The notes beneath the pieces are model-generated. The model was not told the DNA's origin. It did not search any database and was given only the letters and a program-made list of their open reading frames with translations. A program made the translations under genes and the position numbers. Shown here one piece after another: positions 1 through 8,667 of a stretch of DNA of 64,000 nucleotides (the stretch's first letter is position 1; each line of letters opens with the position of its first letter). The stretch is from Acidobacteriota bacterium (GTDB taxonomy: Bacteria > Acidobacteriota > UBA890 > WLXD01), in the NCBI GenBank assembly GCA_965248695.1, contig CBDFKD010000002.1, positions 2,080,001 through 2,144,000 of the forward strand, read 5' to 3'.

Positions 1-2
1 GA

Positions 3-512
3 ATGAACGACCTCGCCGCTGCCGAGACCTATTGCCGGCGAGCTCTGGCGCTCAACCCCGATTTACTGGAGGGCTACTACGCGCTAGCGCTGGTATTGCG
101 GGATCTTGGCAAGACCAACGAGAGCCGGCAGGTGATGGAGCGCTACCAAACGCTCACCGCCGCTGACGAGCAGGAGCAGCTGGAGACCAACCGCGCGACA
201 CAGATCGGCCTCGCCAACATTCAGGGGCTGTACTACTTTCGCCAGGACAACCTCGAGCGAGCGCTCGAGCTGTTCGAGAGCGCCGCCGAGCTAACGCAGG
301 ACGACTGGCTCGTTGCCTTCAACCTCGGCATGACGTACGCCGCGCTCAGCAACCACGAAAGCTCGGTGCTGGCATTGGAGCGCGCGCGGCGGCTCAACCC
401 CGGGCGCTCTTCGACCTACCCGGTGCTGGCTGCGGAGCTGCGCGCCCTCGGCCGTCACGACGAAGCGACGCGCATCGAGGCGCTCGGCCGAAATCTGGAG
501 CAACGACCGTGA
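3..512 (+). CDS. Tetratricopeptide repeat protein (C-terminal part; gene probably starts before the window)
   Basis: Repeated TPR-like helices (ALALNPDLLEGYYALALVL; VAFNLGMTYAAL; ARRLNPG); ORF begins at the window edge. Confidence 0.8.
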   Translation: MNDLAAAETYCRRALALNPDLLEGYYALALVLRDLGKTNESRQVMERYQTLTAADEQEQLETNRATQIGLANIQGLYYFRQDNLERALELFESAAELTQDDWLVAFNLGMTYAALSNHESSVLALERARRLNPGRSSTYPVLAAELRALGRHDEATRIEALGRNLEQRP

Positions 513-566
513 TCGACCGTAGGGCTGAAGCGCCGACTGTGACCGACGACTGCCACGGCGTGCGGC

Positions 567-1949
567 GTGTCGCCTAACGAGTACCGCAACCTGAGCCTGT
601 GGCACGACACGGTTCCGGAGCCGCTGGAGCCGCGCCCGAGACTGCGTGCCGACGAACAGGTCGATGTCGTTATCGTGGGGGCGGGGTTCACCGGTCTCTG
701 GGTCGCCTATTACCTCACCGAGTTGCAGCCCGGCATCCGCATCGCCGTGCTCGAGTCGGAGATCGCCGGCTTCGGAGCCTCGGGCCGCAACGGCGGCTGG
801 TGCCTCGGCACCATGGCCGGCATCGGCCAGCTGCTCGACGACCCGGCGCAACGCGACGGGGGCATTCGACTGCAGCGAGCGCTATTGAACACGCCCGACG
901 AGGTCGCGCGGGTGTGCGGCCGGGAAGCGATCGACTGCCAGTGGATGAAGTCGGGCAACGTCACCGTCGCCACCTCGAAGCCATTCCTCGAGAAGGTACG
1001 GCAAGAGCTCACCGACTGGCGCGCGCTCGGCGCCTCCGAGGACGAGGTGCGCTGGATGGACGCCGACGAGTGCGCCGCTCACGTACGCACGGCGCGCAAC
1101 TACGGCGGCGTCTACCTGGCCGAAGTCGCTGCGCTGCATCCGTTGCGGCTAGTACGCGGGCTCGCCGAGGCGGTGGAGCGCCGCGGCGTCTCGATCTACG
1201 AGCGCTCGCCGGCGCTGTCGCTAGGACCCCGCTGCGTCACGACCGCCGCCGGCAAGGTGACCGCCGACATCGTGGTTCGCGCTACTGAGGGGTATACGCG
1301 CACCCTCCCCGGGCAGGAGCGGGCGCTGATCCCGGTGCACTCGATGATGGTCGCCACCGAACCGCTGGGGCAATCGATCTGGGACGAGATCGGCTTTGTC
1401 GACCGGATCACCTTCGGCGATCCACGACGCATGGTCACCTACGGACAGCGCACCGCCGACGACCGTATGGCGTTCGGATGTCGCGGCGCGTACTACTTCG
1501 GCTCCAAGATCCGCGACCGTTTCTCGCCCGGCGATCCGCTGTTCGCTCAGGTGCGCGAGGTGCTGGACTCGTTCTTTCCGGCCCTCCGCGACCAGCTCGT
1601 CACGCATCGCTGGGGCGGTGCCCTGGGCGTGCCGCGCAACTGGCGACCCGCCGTCGGCCTCGACCGGCAAGCCGGCTTGGCGTGGGGTGGAGGCTACGTC
1701 GGTGAGGGCGTAGGGGCGTCGAATCTGGTCGGCCGCATCCTCGCTGATCTCATCCTGGAGCGAGAAACGGACCTGGTCGACCTGCCGCTCGTCGGGCCTG
1801 ATTTCAGCAACTGGGAACCGGAGCCGCTGCGCTGGATCGGGTCCACCGTGTTGATGAAGATCGGCGCGGCGCTGGACAACGCCGAGATCCATGACCGGCC
1901 ACCGCCACGCATCCGGAACGCGATATTCGAAACGCTGGTGCGGAAGTAG
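567..1949 (+). CDS. FAD-dependent oxidoreductase, DAO/PuuB(OrdL)-like amine oxidase
   Basis: SLW N-terminus, VVIVGAGFTG dinucleotide motif, GASGRNGG, GGYVGEGVG, C-terminal WEPEPLRW. Confidence 0.9.
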   Translation: MSPNEYRNLSLWHDTVPEPLEPRPRLRADEQVDVVIVGAGFTGLWVAYYLTELQPGIRIAVLESEIAGFGASGRNGGWCLGTMAGIGQLLDDPAQRDGGIRLQRALLNTPDEVARVCGREAIDCQWMKSGNVTVATSKPFLEKVRQELTDWRALGASEDEVRWMDADECAAHVRTARNYGGVYLAEVAALHPLRLVRGLAEAVERRGVSIYERSPALSLGPRCVTTAAGKVTADIVVRATEGYTRTLPGQERALIPVHSMMVATEPLGQSIWDEIGFVDRITFGDPRRMVTYGQRTADDRMAFGCRGAYYFGSKIRDRFSPGDPLFAQVREVLDSFFPALRDQLVTHRWGGALGVPRNWRPAVGLDRQAGLAWGGGYVGEGVGASNLVGRILADLILERETDLVDLPLVGPDFSNWEPEPLRWIGSTVLMKIGAALDNAEIHDRPPPRIRNAIFETLVRK

Positions 1950-1983
1950 GCACCGCAGATACAGGTCTAGGCCGCCAAGCCGG

Positions 1984-2538
1984 CTACGGCATGGTCTCCA
2001 CTTCAACCCGATCCCCGGTCCTGATCGGGCCGGCGACGTCGACCACGCCGACCACCCCCCGCAGATTGAAGGCATGCTTGGGAAACATGGCCGCCTGTAC
2101 CGGTTCGCCGGAGTCCGTCTCATACGCAGCGGCAATTTCCTGCCCCATCTCCACGCATGGCGGGTTGCACTCCTCGACGCGCAACACGGCTCCGGACGGA
2201 AAGTGCAGACGCGTTCCACGCGCCAGCTGAGACAGATCCGGGATGCCTTGCAGGCACAGGTTGGCGCCAAGCGTGGACGCCGCCAGCGGCTGCCGGAGAT
2301 CCATCCGCTTTCCGATGACCACGAGCTCTTCGACCGACACCGCCGACCACTGGCGCTCGTTGCGACGCACTGTGCCCACCGGGTCGACGTCGCCCTCGTA
2401 GGCGACGCGAGAATGACCACGGTGCTTGTCGCCCACGAAGCCGTCCAGCTCGGCAAGAACTTGCGGGTACTCGTCCTTGTGCAGATCGGCGTGATTTCCG
2501 GTGTGCACCGATACGACCATCCCGAACAGCTCATTCAT
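1984..2538 (-). CDS. MOSC domain-containing protein
   Basis: GFVGDKH, RQWSAVSVEE, LGANL, CNPPC (conserved MOSC Cys), RGVVGVVDVAGPIRTGD; ATG at 2538 overlaps the 3' end of the upstream small ORF. Confidence 0.85.
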   Translation of the reverse strand: MNELFGMVVSVHTGNHADLHKDEYPQVLAELDGFVGDKHRGHSRVAYEGDVDPVGTVRRNERQWSAVSVEELVVIGKRMDLRQPLAASTLGANLCLQGIPDLSQLARGTRLHFPSGAVLRVEECNPPCVEMGQEIAAAYETDSGEPVQAAMFPKHAFNLRGVVGVVDVAGPIRTGDRVEVETMP

Positions 2539-2662
2539 CTTCGTCACGCCCCTGCCGCTGCAGCACCTGGCGAGCTTGCCTAAGGAAGAGCACGAAGATC
2601 ACCAGCGCACTTCCGGCCAGCACCAACGCGTTGATCCAGGTAAACAGGTCCCAGCCGTTCAT
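2531..2662 (-). CDS. Small single-pass membrane protein (43 aa), not in the ORF track
   Basis: Translated by hand: MNGWDLFTWINALVLAGSALVIFVLFLRQARQVLQRQGRDEDE; ATGA overlap with the symporter stop (2659-2661); its 3' end overlaps the MOSC start. Confidence 0.75.
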   Translation of the reverse strand: MNGWDLFTWINALVLAGSALVIFVLFLRQARQVLQRQGRDEDE

Positions 2663-4176
2663 GCGCGTCGCTCAGCCCCGGCCGGCGAAACTCCGTCGGC
2701 GCCCCCGCCGGGCCTTTGGCCAAAGATCGTCCCGACGATGAAGCCCACCAAGCTCATCGGCAGGCTGAAGTAGAGCGCATACTCCTGCCAGATTCGGAAC
2801 TTCGTGCCGCCGATCGAGACCGGCCAGATGTAGGTCGCGTATACATCATTGTAGGTACCGACGCGCGCGATCCAGAGATAGAAGGCGATCATGCTCACGA
2901 GGCCAAGGGAGCAGCTCAATACGCCGGCCAGCGGCTTCTTCGGCCCCTTCCAGTAGAGTGCAGCGAAGATCGGCACCAGGACCATCGACGAGAGCCCGGT
3001 GGCCATGAACACCCAGAGTGCCAAGATACGGTCGAACAGGAACGCCAGCAGAAAGCCGGCCGCCCACGCAAAGAGAATGCCGGCGCGGGTCAGCGACAAC
3101 AGCTCCTGGTCCGTCGCGTCCGGTTTCCGCAGGGGACGGTAGATGTCGAACGAGATGTTGGCGCCGGCAACGAGCGTGTACGAGTCGATCGTCGACATGG
3201 CGGTGGCGAGGACGCCGGCGATGAAGACGCCCACCAGACCTACCGGCAGAGCGAGAACGACGGCCGCCAACAAGGCGTCGTTGGAATGCAGGTCGGCCGG
3301 TAACGCGCCGGCGGCGACGGCGACCCGGGCCAGCATGCCGCCAGCGGTGACGAGCCAATCATAGGCGACCCATATGAGCGTCGCGATCAGAATCGCGTTG
3401 CGCGCCTGACGGTAGCTCCCGGCCGCGAAGATTCGCTGATAAAAGCCCGGATCAACGAGGAAACTGATGTTCGTCGCGACGTACGCCATCAGGAGCCAGA
3501 ACGGCATGTCGCCGAAGATCGCGAGATGTCCTGGTGGTGAGGTTGCAGCGACGGCCTCGAAGCCGCCGAACTCGACCATCAGCAACGGGACGCCGACGGC
3601 CAGCGTGAGGCACATGAGAACAAACTGGATCGTATCGGTGATGGCTACTGCCCAGAGGCCGCCCAACAAGGTGTAGGCGAGCGCGATAGCACCAAGAATC
3701 GCGGCGCCCACCATCGCGTCGAGACCGAACACCACTTCGGTGATGCGCCCGAGCGCGAACAAGGCCAGCGCCGGAATCGAGTACAGGAACGACGCTGCCG
3801 CACCCAGGATCCCGGTGGTGCGTCCGTAGTTCCTTTCTAGAATCTCCGGCAACGAAGTGAAGTTGGCCTCATGGAGGCGCTTACACAACGCGAACGCGGC
3901 GAAAATGAAGATCCCGAGCGACAGCTCGGAGTAGCCGAAGAACGCCACCACACCTTCGTTGAAACCGAGCTCGGAAGTTCCGAACAGTACGTCGAGGCCG
4001 TAGTAAGTGGACGCCAGCGTGCAGACCAGAACCGGCGTCGTCATCGAGCGCCCGGCGACAAGGTACTCCTCGAAGCTGGGCGCCTTGCGGTAGACGAGGT
4101 ATCCGACGCAGAGCATCCCCAGCACGTAGCTGACGACCACCGCGAGATCGATGTTCGAGATCTGCAGCTCGGCCAT
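2659..4176 (-). CDS. Sodium:solute symporter (SSS) family transporter
   Basis: EEYLVAGRS, YTLLGGLWAVAITDTIQF, YQRIFAA, LATAMSTIDS; many TM helices; start moved to ATG 4176 (MAELQ). Confidence 0.92.
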   Translation of the reverse strand: MAELQISNIDLAVVVSYVLGMLCVGYLVYRKAPSFEEYLVAGRSMTTPVLVCTLASTYYGLDVLFGTSELGFNEGVVAFFGYSELSLGIFIFAAFALCKRLHEANFTSLPEILERNYGRTTGILGAAASFLYSIPALALFALGRITEVVFGLDAMVGAAILGAIALAYTLLGGLWAVAITDTIQFVLMCLTLAVGVPLLMVEFGGFEAVAATSPPGHLAIFGDMPFWLLMAYVATNISFLVDPGFYQRIFAAGSYRQARNAILIATLIWVAYDWLVTAGGMLARVAVAAGALPADLHSNDALLAAVVLALPVGLVGVFIAGVLATAMSTIDSYTLVAGANISFDIYRPLRKPDATDQELLSLTRAGILFAWAAGFLLAFLFDRILALWVFMATGLSSMVLVPIFAALYWKGPKKPLAGVLSCSLGLVSMIAFYLWIARVGTYNDVYATYIWPVSIGGTKFRIWQEYALYFSLPMSLVGFIVGTIFGQRPGGGADGVSPAGAERRA

Positions 4177-4228
4177 TAGTGGCCTGTAACAGATGATCGT
4201 TGCATATCGCAGATGGGATTTGCGGTCA

Positions 4229-5620
4229 CTAGCCGATCTCCCAGCCCGGAGACACCCGGGCAATCAGGCGGTCGAGTGCGCGCGCTACCGCGGGCACGCG
4301 GCGGTCGGAGAGGTCGGCAAGGTGCACGAGTCGAAGCATAATCTGCACGCCAGCCCAGCGCAGTGGCTCCGGCTCCCACGAGGGACAGGGCGGGCGCGCC
4401 CACGGATAGCGCGTGCGATCGGTATCTCGATCCAGCATCAGATCAGCGAGCGTGCGACCGGCCAGGTTGGCGGCCGCCACTCCGGAGCCCACATACCCGC
4501 CGGCCCAGGCGAAGCCGGTATCGCGGTCGAGTCCTATCGCCGGAGTCATGTCGCGCGGCACCCCGAAGACACCACCCCAGCGGTGCGTGATCTTCGCATC
4601 GACGGTGGGAAACAAACGCTTCAGCTCGGCATTCAGCCACCTGAAGACAGGCTTGTCGTGCTCGTGCCGCCGCTCGATGGCCGATCCGTAGCGGTACCGT
4701 GAGCCGCGCCCACCGATCGTGATCCGACCGTCAGCGGTGCGCTGCAGATAGATAAGATCGCGATACCCGTCGGCGACGGTCACCCGATCGTGCATGCCGA
4801 TTTCGTCCCAGGCCGACGCGGGCAGGGGTTCCGTGGCGAGCATGTAGTTGTACAGCGGCAGTACCGAACGCCGCATGCCACGCAGCGTAACGTCATAGGC
4901 TTCGGTCGCGTTGACCACGAACGGAGCTGAAACCCTGCCATGTTCAGTGCAGACACAACCTCGTTCGATGGCCCGGGCCGCGGTCTGCTCGTACAGCTTC
5001 GCCCCCATACCCTCGATCGCCGACGCCAGCTGGCGCGCAACCCGAGCTGGCTGCACGGCTGCGGCGTGCGGCGTGAAGAAGGCCGCCGGGCGGCCCCCGA
5101 GGTTCGCCCGCTCTTGCACGTCCTCAGGCGCAAGCCATTGATAGTCGTGATCGTCGAAGCCCAGAGCGCGGAGCTCGTCCATGTCGCGCTTGAGGCTCTC
5201 TTGGTGCGCCGGAACACCGGCAATCTGCAGGCAACCTCCCTTGCTGTATCCGAAATCGAGCCCCTGCGCTCGAGCCACGCGGCCGAGCTCATCGACAGCA
5301 TCGAACATCGCTCGCCAGAGCGCGATCGCGCCTTCGCGGTCGCGCTCCACCAGCGACCCAAACCCGTGGATGGCGGCGTCGCAGAAGCCGCCGTTGCGCC
5401 CCGAAGCGCCGTAGCCGGCAACATGGGCGTCGAGCAGCACAACGCGACATGTCGGTTCGTTCGCCAGCAGGTAGTAGGCCGTCCACAGGCCGGTGAAGCC
5501 GGCGCCGACGATCGCCACGTCCGCCGTGATGTCGCCGTCGAGCGGCGGCCTCGGAACGAGCGGCGACGACACGTCATCGAGCCAGAAGCTCGGCGCAGCT
5601 GCTGTGCCACCGTCGCTCAT
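4229..5620 (-). CDS. FAD-dependent oxidoreductase, DAO/PuuB-like (paralogue of 567-1949)
   Basis: SFW, IVGAGFTGLW, GASGRNGG, GGYVGSGV, WEPEPLRW; start at ATG 5620. Confidence 0.9.
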   Translation of the reverse strand: MSDGGTAAAPSFWLDDVSSPLVPRPPLDGDITADVAIVGAGFTGLWTAYYLLANEPTCRVVLLDAHVAGYGASGRNGGFCDAAIHGFGSLVERDREGAIALWRAMFDAVDELGRVARAQGLDFGYSKGGCLQIAGVPAHQESLKRDMDELRALGFDDHDYQWLAPEDVQERANLGGRPAAFFTPHAAAVQPARVARQLASAIEGMGAKLYEQTAARAIERGCVCTEHGRVSAPFVVNATEAYDVTLRGMRRSVLPLYNYMLATEPLPASAWDEIGMHDRVTVADGYRDLIYLQRTADGRITIGGRGSRYRYGSAIERRHEHDKPVFRWLNAELKRLFPTVDAKITHRWGGVFGVPRDMTPAIGLDRDTGFAWAGGYVGSGVAAANLAGRTLADLMLDRDTDRTRYPWARPPCPSWEPEPLRWAGVQIMLRLVHLADLSDRRVPAVARALDRLIARVSPGWEIG

Positions 5621-5694
5621 CCTGCCTGTTCTCCTTGTCGACTCGCGAAGCTGCACTAAGGTAACGGAAGCAACGACTACGGGAGGCAGTTCCA

Positions 5695-7800
5695 GTGAAG
5701 AAGGTCCGATTCGCGCTCCTCGCGTGCCTCGTGGCAGCCACCGCCTCGATCGGCGCCGCGCCGGGAATCCCGCCCGCAGCTCCCGCCAGGACGGCGGCGT
5801 TGAGCCTGATGCCCCTACCGAGCTCCATGCAGGCGGGCAACGGGTGGCTGGAACTGCGAACCGACTTCAGAGCCGCGCTGGTCGGCTACAGCGAACCGCG
5901 ACTCGAGCGCGCCGTGCACCGACTCTACCGACGGCTACGCGCCCAGACCGGCTTGCGATTTCCCCGCCGGTTGACGGATCCCGCATGGGAGGCTGCCCGT
6001 CTGCCGACCGCCAACGGCACGGCGGTGCTCGAGATCGAAGTGTCGGGTCCGGGAGAGTCGGTACAGTCGATCGACACCGACGAGTCGTACGTCCTCGTGG
6101 TCACGGGCGAGCGCGCCTGTCTGACGGCGCCCACCCCGATCGGAGCCCTGCGTGGGCTCGAGACGTTCCTGCAACTCGTGGCCCCCAACGATGCCGGCTT
6201 CGGCATTCAGGCCCTGCTCATCGAGGACGCGCCACGATACCCGTGGCGCGGCCTGCTCATCGACACCGGCCGCATGTTCCTGCCACTCGAGACGTTGTTA
6301 CGCACGCTCGACGGAATGGCGGCGGTGAAGCTCAACGTCCTGCACTGGCACCTGATCGAGGATCAGGGGTTCCGCGTCGAGAGCAAGGCATTTCCGCGGC
6401 TGCACGAGCTCGGATCCGACGGCAGCTACTACAGCCAGGCCGAGGTGCGCCAGGTAGTCGCTCATGCGCGCGACCTCGGGATCCGCGTGGTCCCCGAGAT
6501 CGACATACCCGGCCACACCAGCAGCTGGTTCGTCGGTCACCCCGAGCTCGCCAGCGCGCCCGGCCCCTATGAGCTCGACCACACTTGGGGGGTCAAGGAT
6601 CCGGTCCTCGACCCGACCCGCGACGAGGTCTACGAGTTTCTCGACGTGCTGCTCGGTGAGATGGCGGCGCTGTTTCCAGATGCCACATTCCACATCGGCG
6701 GCGACGAGGTGAACGGTGTGCAGTGGGACACCAGCCCGGCTATCCAGGCCTTCATGGCCGAGCATGGGATGGTCGACAGCGGCGATCTGCAGGCGTACTT
6801 CAACCAGCGCACCTCCACCATCCTCACGGAGCACGGCAAGGAAATGATGGGATGGGACGAGGTGCTGCACCCCGACCTGCCGCTGAACACGATCGTGCAA
6901 TCGTGGCGTGGTCCGACGGCGCTGGCGGCGGCGGCCCGCCGCGGTTATCGCGGCGTGCTGTCGCACGGCTACTACCTCGATCTCTATCACTCGGCCGAGA
7001 GCCACTACGGGATCGACCCCGGCGGCGGTGACGCCGCTGATCTACCGGCCGATGTGGCGGCGAGAATCCTCGGTGGCGAGGCCTGCATGTGGGGCGAGAT
7101 GGCCACGGCGGAGAACGTCGACTCGCGTATCTGGCCACGCGCCGCCGCCATCGCCGAGCGATTGTGGTCGCCCCCCGACACCACCGACGTCGACGACATG
7201 TACCGCCGCCTCGATGCGCTCAGCCAGCACCTCGAGTGGCTGGGCCTACAGCACACCATCGACTATCGGCTGATGCTGCAGCGGCTGGCCGGGTACCGAT
7301 CGATCGAGGCGCTGCGCCACGTCGCGGACGTTCTCGAGCCGGTAAAGAACTACGACCGTCACTGGGACGACCACGAGTGGACATACGGCACCCACACTTC
7401 GATGAACCGCATGGTCGACACGGTGCGGCCCGAGAGCGCCGCCGCGCGCCGCCTGACCAATCGGGTCGGCGCTTACCTGAGCACCCCGACGCCAGCACTC
7501 GCGGTGGCGCTGCGCGCCCGCCTCGACGACTTGCGCCGGCACGCCTTGACTGCCATCGACGAGCTCGACGATGCACCGCTCGTGCATGAAGTCCAGCCGC
7601 TGTTCGCTGATGTGGCCACCCTGGCCGTCATCGCGGCCGCGACCCTCGACTACCTGGAGAGCGGAGCGGAGCCTCCACCCGGCTGGACGGCCCGGCGACT
7701 CGAGTTGATCGGCGCCGCGGCCCAGCCCCGGGCAGAGCTGACGATCGCGATCGCGCCGACGGTGCGTATCCTCGTCGAGGCGCTCTCGAGAACACCCTGA
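5695..7800 (+). CDS. Secreted beta-N-acetylhexosaminidase, GH20
   Basis: Signal peptide; DESY, PRYPWRGLLIDTGR, HWHLIEDQGFR, PEIDIPGH, catalytic HIGGDEV, GGEACMWGE, WPRAAAIAERLW. Confidence 0.95.
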   Translation: MKKVRFALLACLVAATASIGAAPGIPPAAPARTAALSLMPLPSSMQAGNGWLELRTDFRAALVGYSEPRLERAVHRLYRRLRAQTGLRFPRRLTDPAWEAARLPTANGTAVLEIEVSGPGESVQSIDTDESYVLVVTGERACLTAPTPIGALRGLETFLQLVAPNDAGFGIQALLIEDAPRYPWRGLLIDTGRMFLPLETLLRTLDGMAAVKLNVLHWHLIEDQGFRVESKAFPRLHELGSDGSYYSQAEVRQVVAHARDLGIRVVPEIDIPGHTSSWFVGHPELASAPGPYELDHTWGVKDPVLDPTRDEVYEFLDVLLGEMAALFPDATFHIGGDEVNGVQWDTSPAIQAFMAEHGMVDSGDLQAYFNQRTSTILTEHGKEMMGWDEVLHPDLPLNTIVQSWRGPTALAAAARRGYRGVLSHGYYLDLYHSAESHYGIDPGGGDAADLPADVAARILGGEACMWGEMATAENVDSRIWPRAAAIAERLWSPPDTTDVDDMYRRLDALSQHLEWLGLQHTIDYRLMLQRLAGYRSIEALRHVADVLEPVKNYDRHWDDHEWTYGTHTSMNRMVDTVRPESAAARRLTNRVGAYLSTPTPALAVALRARLDDLRRHALTAIDELDDAPLVHEVQPLFADVATLAVIAAATLDYLESGAEPPPGWTARRLELIGAAAQPRAELTIAIAPTVRILVEALSRTP

Positions 7801-7884
7801 GGGCCTCGAAACCGCGCCCGGCCGCGCCCTCGACTGTTGAGCGATCCTGGTCGAGCACGCGAGATCTCTGGCCCTCTGGGGCAG

Positions 7885-8655
7885 CTAATCGCCGGCGACG
7901 CGCTGTTCTGCCAGAAGCTGCGTCAGGACCTCGACCGTGAGGCCGCCACGCACCAGCTGATCGCCGATGATGAACGTCGGCGTGCTGTTGATGCCGAGCT
8001 CCTCGGCGAGATCCTTGACGGCGGCGAGATACTCGACCACCTGCGGATCCCGCATGTCCGCTCGCAGGGCAGCCAGGTCGAGGCCGAGCTCCGCGGCGAC
8101 CGTTTCGACGAGCCCTGCCGTCAGCGGCGCCGTGCTGGTCATCAGCGCGTGGTGAAACGCCGCGAATCGTCCCTGCTGATGGGCCGCCGTCGCTGCCCGG
8201 GCGGCCATCACCGAGTGGCTTCCGTATACGGGTAGCTGCTTGTGAACGAAGCGCAAGTCAGGGTCGGCGGCGGCCACCTCGGCGATCTCCGGATAGCTCG
8301 CCTTGCAGGGGGCGCACTGATAATCGGAGAACTCGATGATCGTGATCGAGGCATCGGCGGGTCCGACTGCCGGTGTGAGCTGCGGATCGATGACCACGCC
8401 CGCCCTGGCGTCGAGCGTGACGCGCCGCGCCTCGGCCTCGCGCTGTTCCTGCCGCGTCCGGGCGGCCTCGCGGACTCGTTCCAGCAGCTCGGGGTTGTCG
8501 AGTAGGAAGTCCGGGTTGTCGGTCAGGTACTGACGCACGAGCGCTTCAGTCTCAGCGTCCTGCTCCGTGCTGTCCGGCGGCGCCGCGCAGCCCGCAGCGA
8601 TCACCGCGAAGGCGATCCAGACGGCGCAGCTCGCGAATCGCGCCGGCTGTCTCAA
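7885..8655 (-). CDS. DsbA-family (ScsC/Com1-like) thiol-disulfide oxidoreductase lipoprotein
   Basis: Lipobox AAGC, VRQYLTDNPDFL helix, EFSDYQCAPCK active site, GINSTPTF cis-Pro loop. Confidence 0.88.
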   Translation of the reverse strand: MRQPARFASCAVWIAFAVIAAGCAAPPDSTEQDAETEALVRQYLTDNPDFLLDNPELLERVREAARTRQEQREAEARRVTLDARAGVVIDPQLTPAVGPADASITIIEFSDYQCAPCKASYPEIAEVAAADPDLRFVHKQLPVYGSHSVMAARAATAAHQQGRFAAFHHALMTSTAPLTAGLVETVAAELGLDLAALRADMRDPQVVEYLAAVKDLAEELGINSTPTFIIGDQLVRGGLTVEVLTQLLAEQRVAGD

Positions 8656-8667
8656 CGTTCGCGCCGG

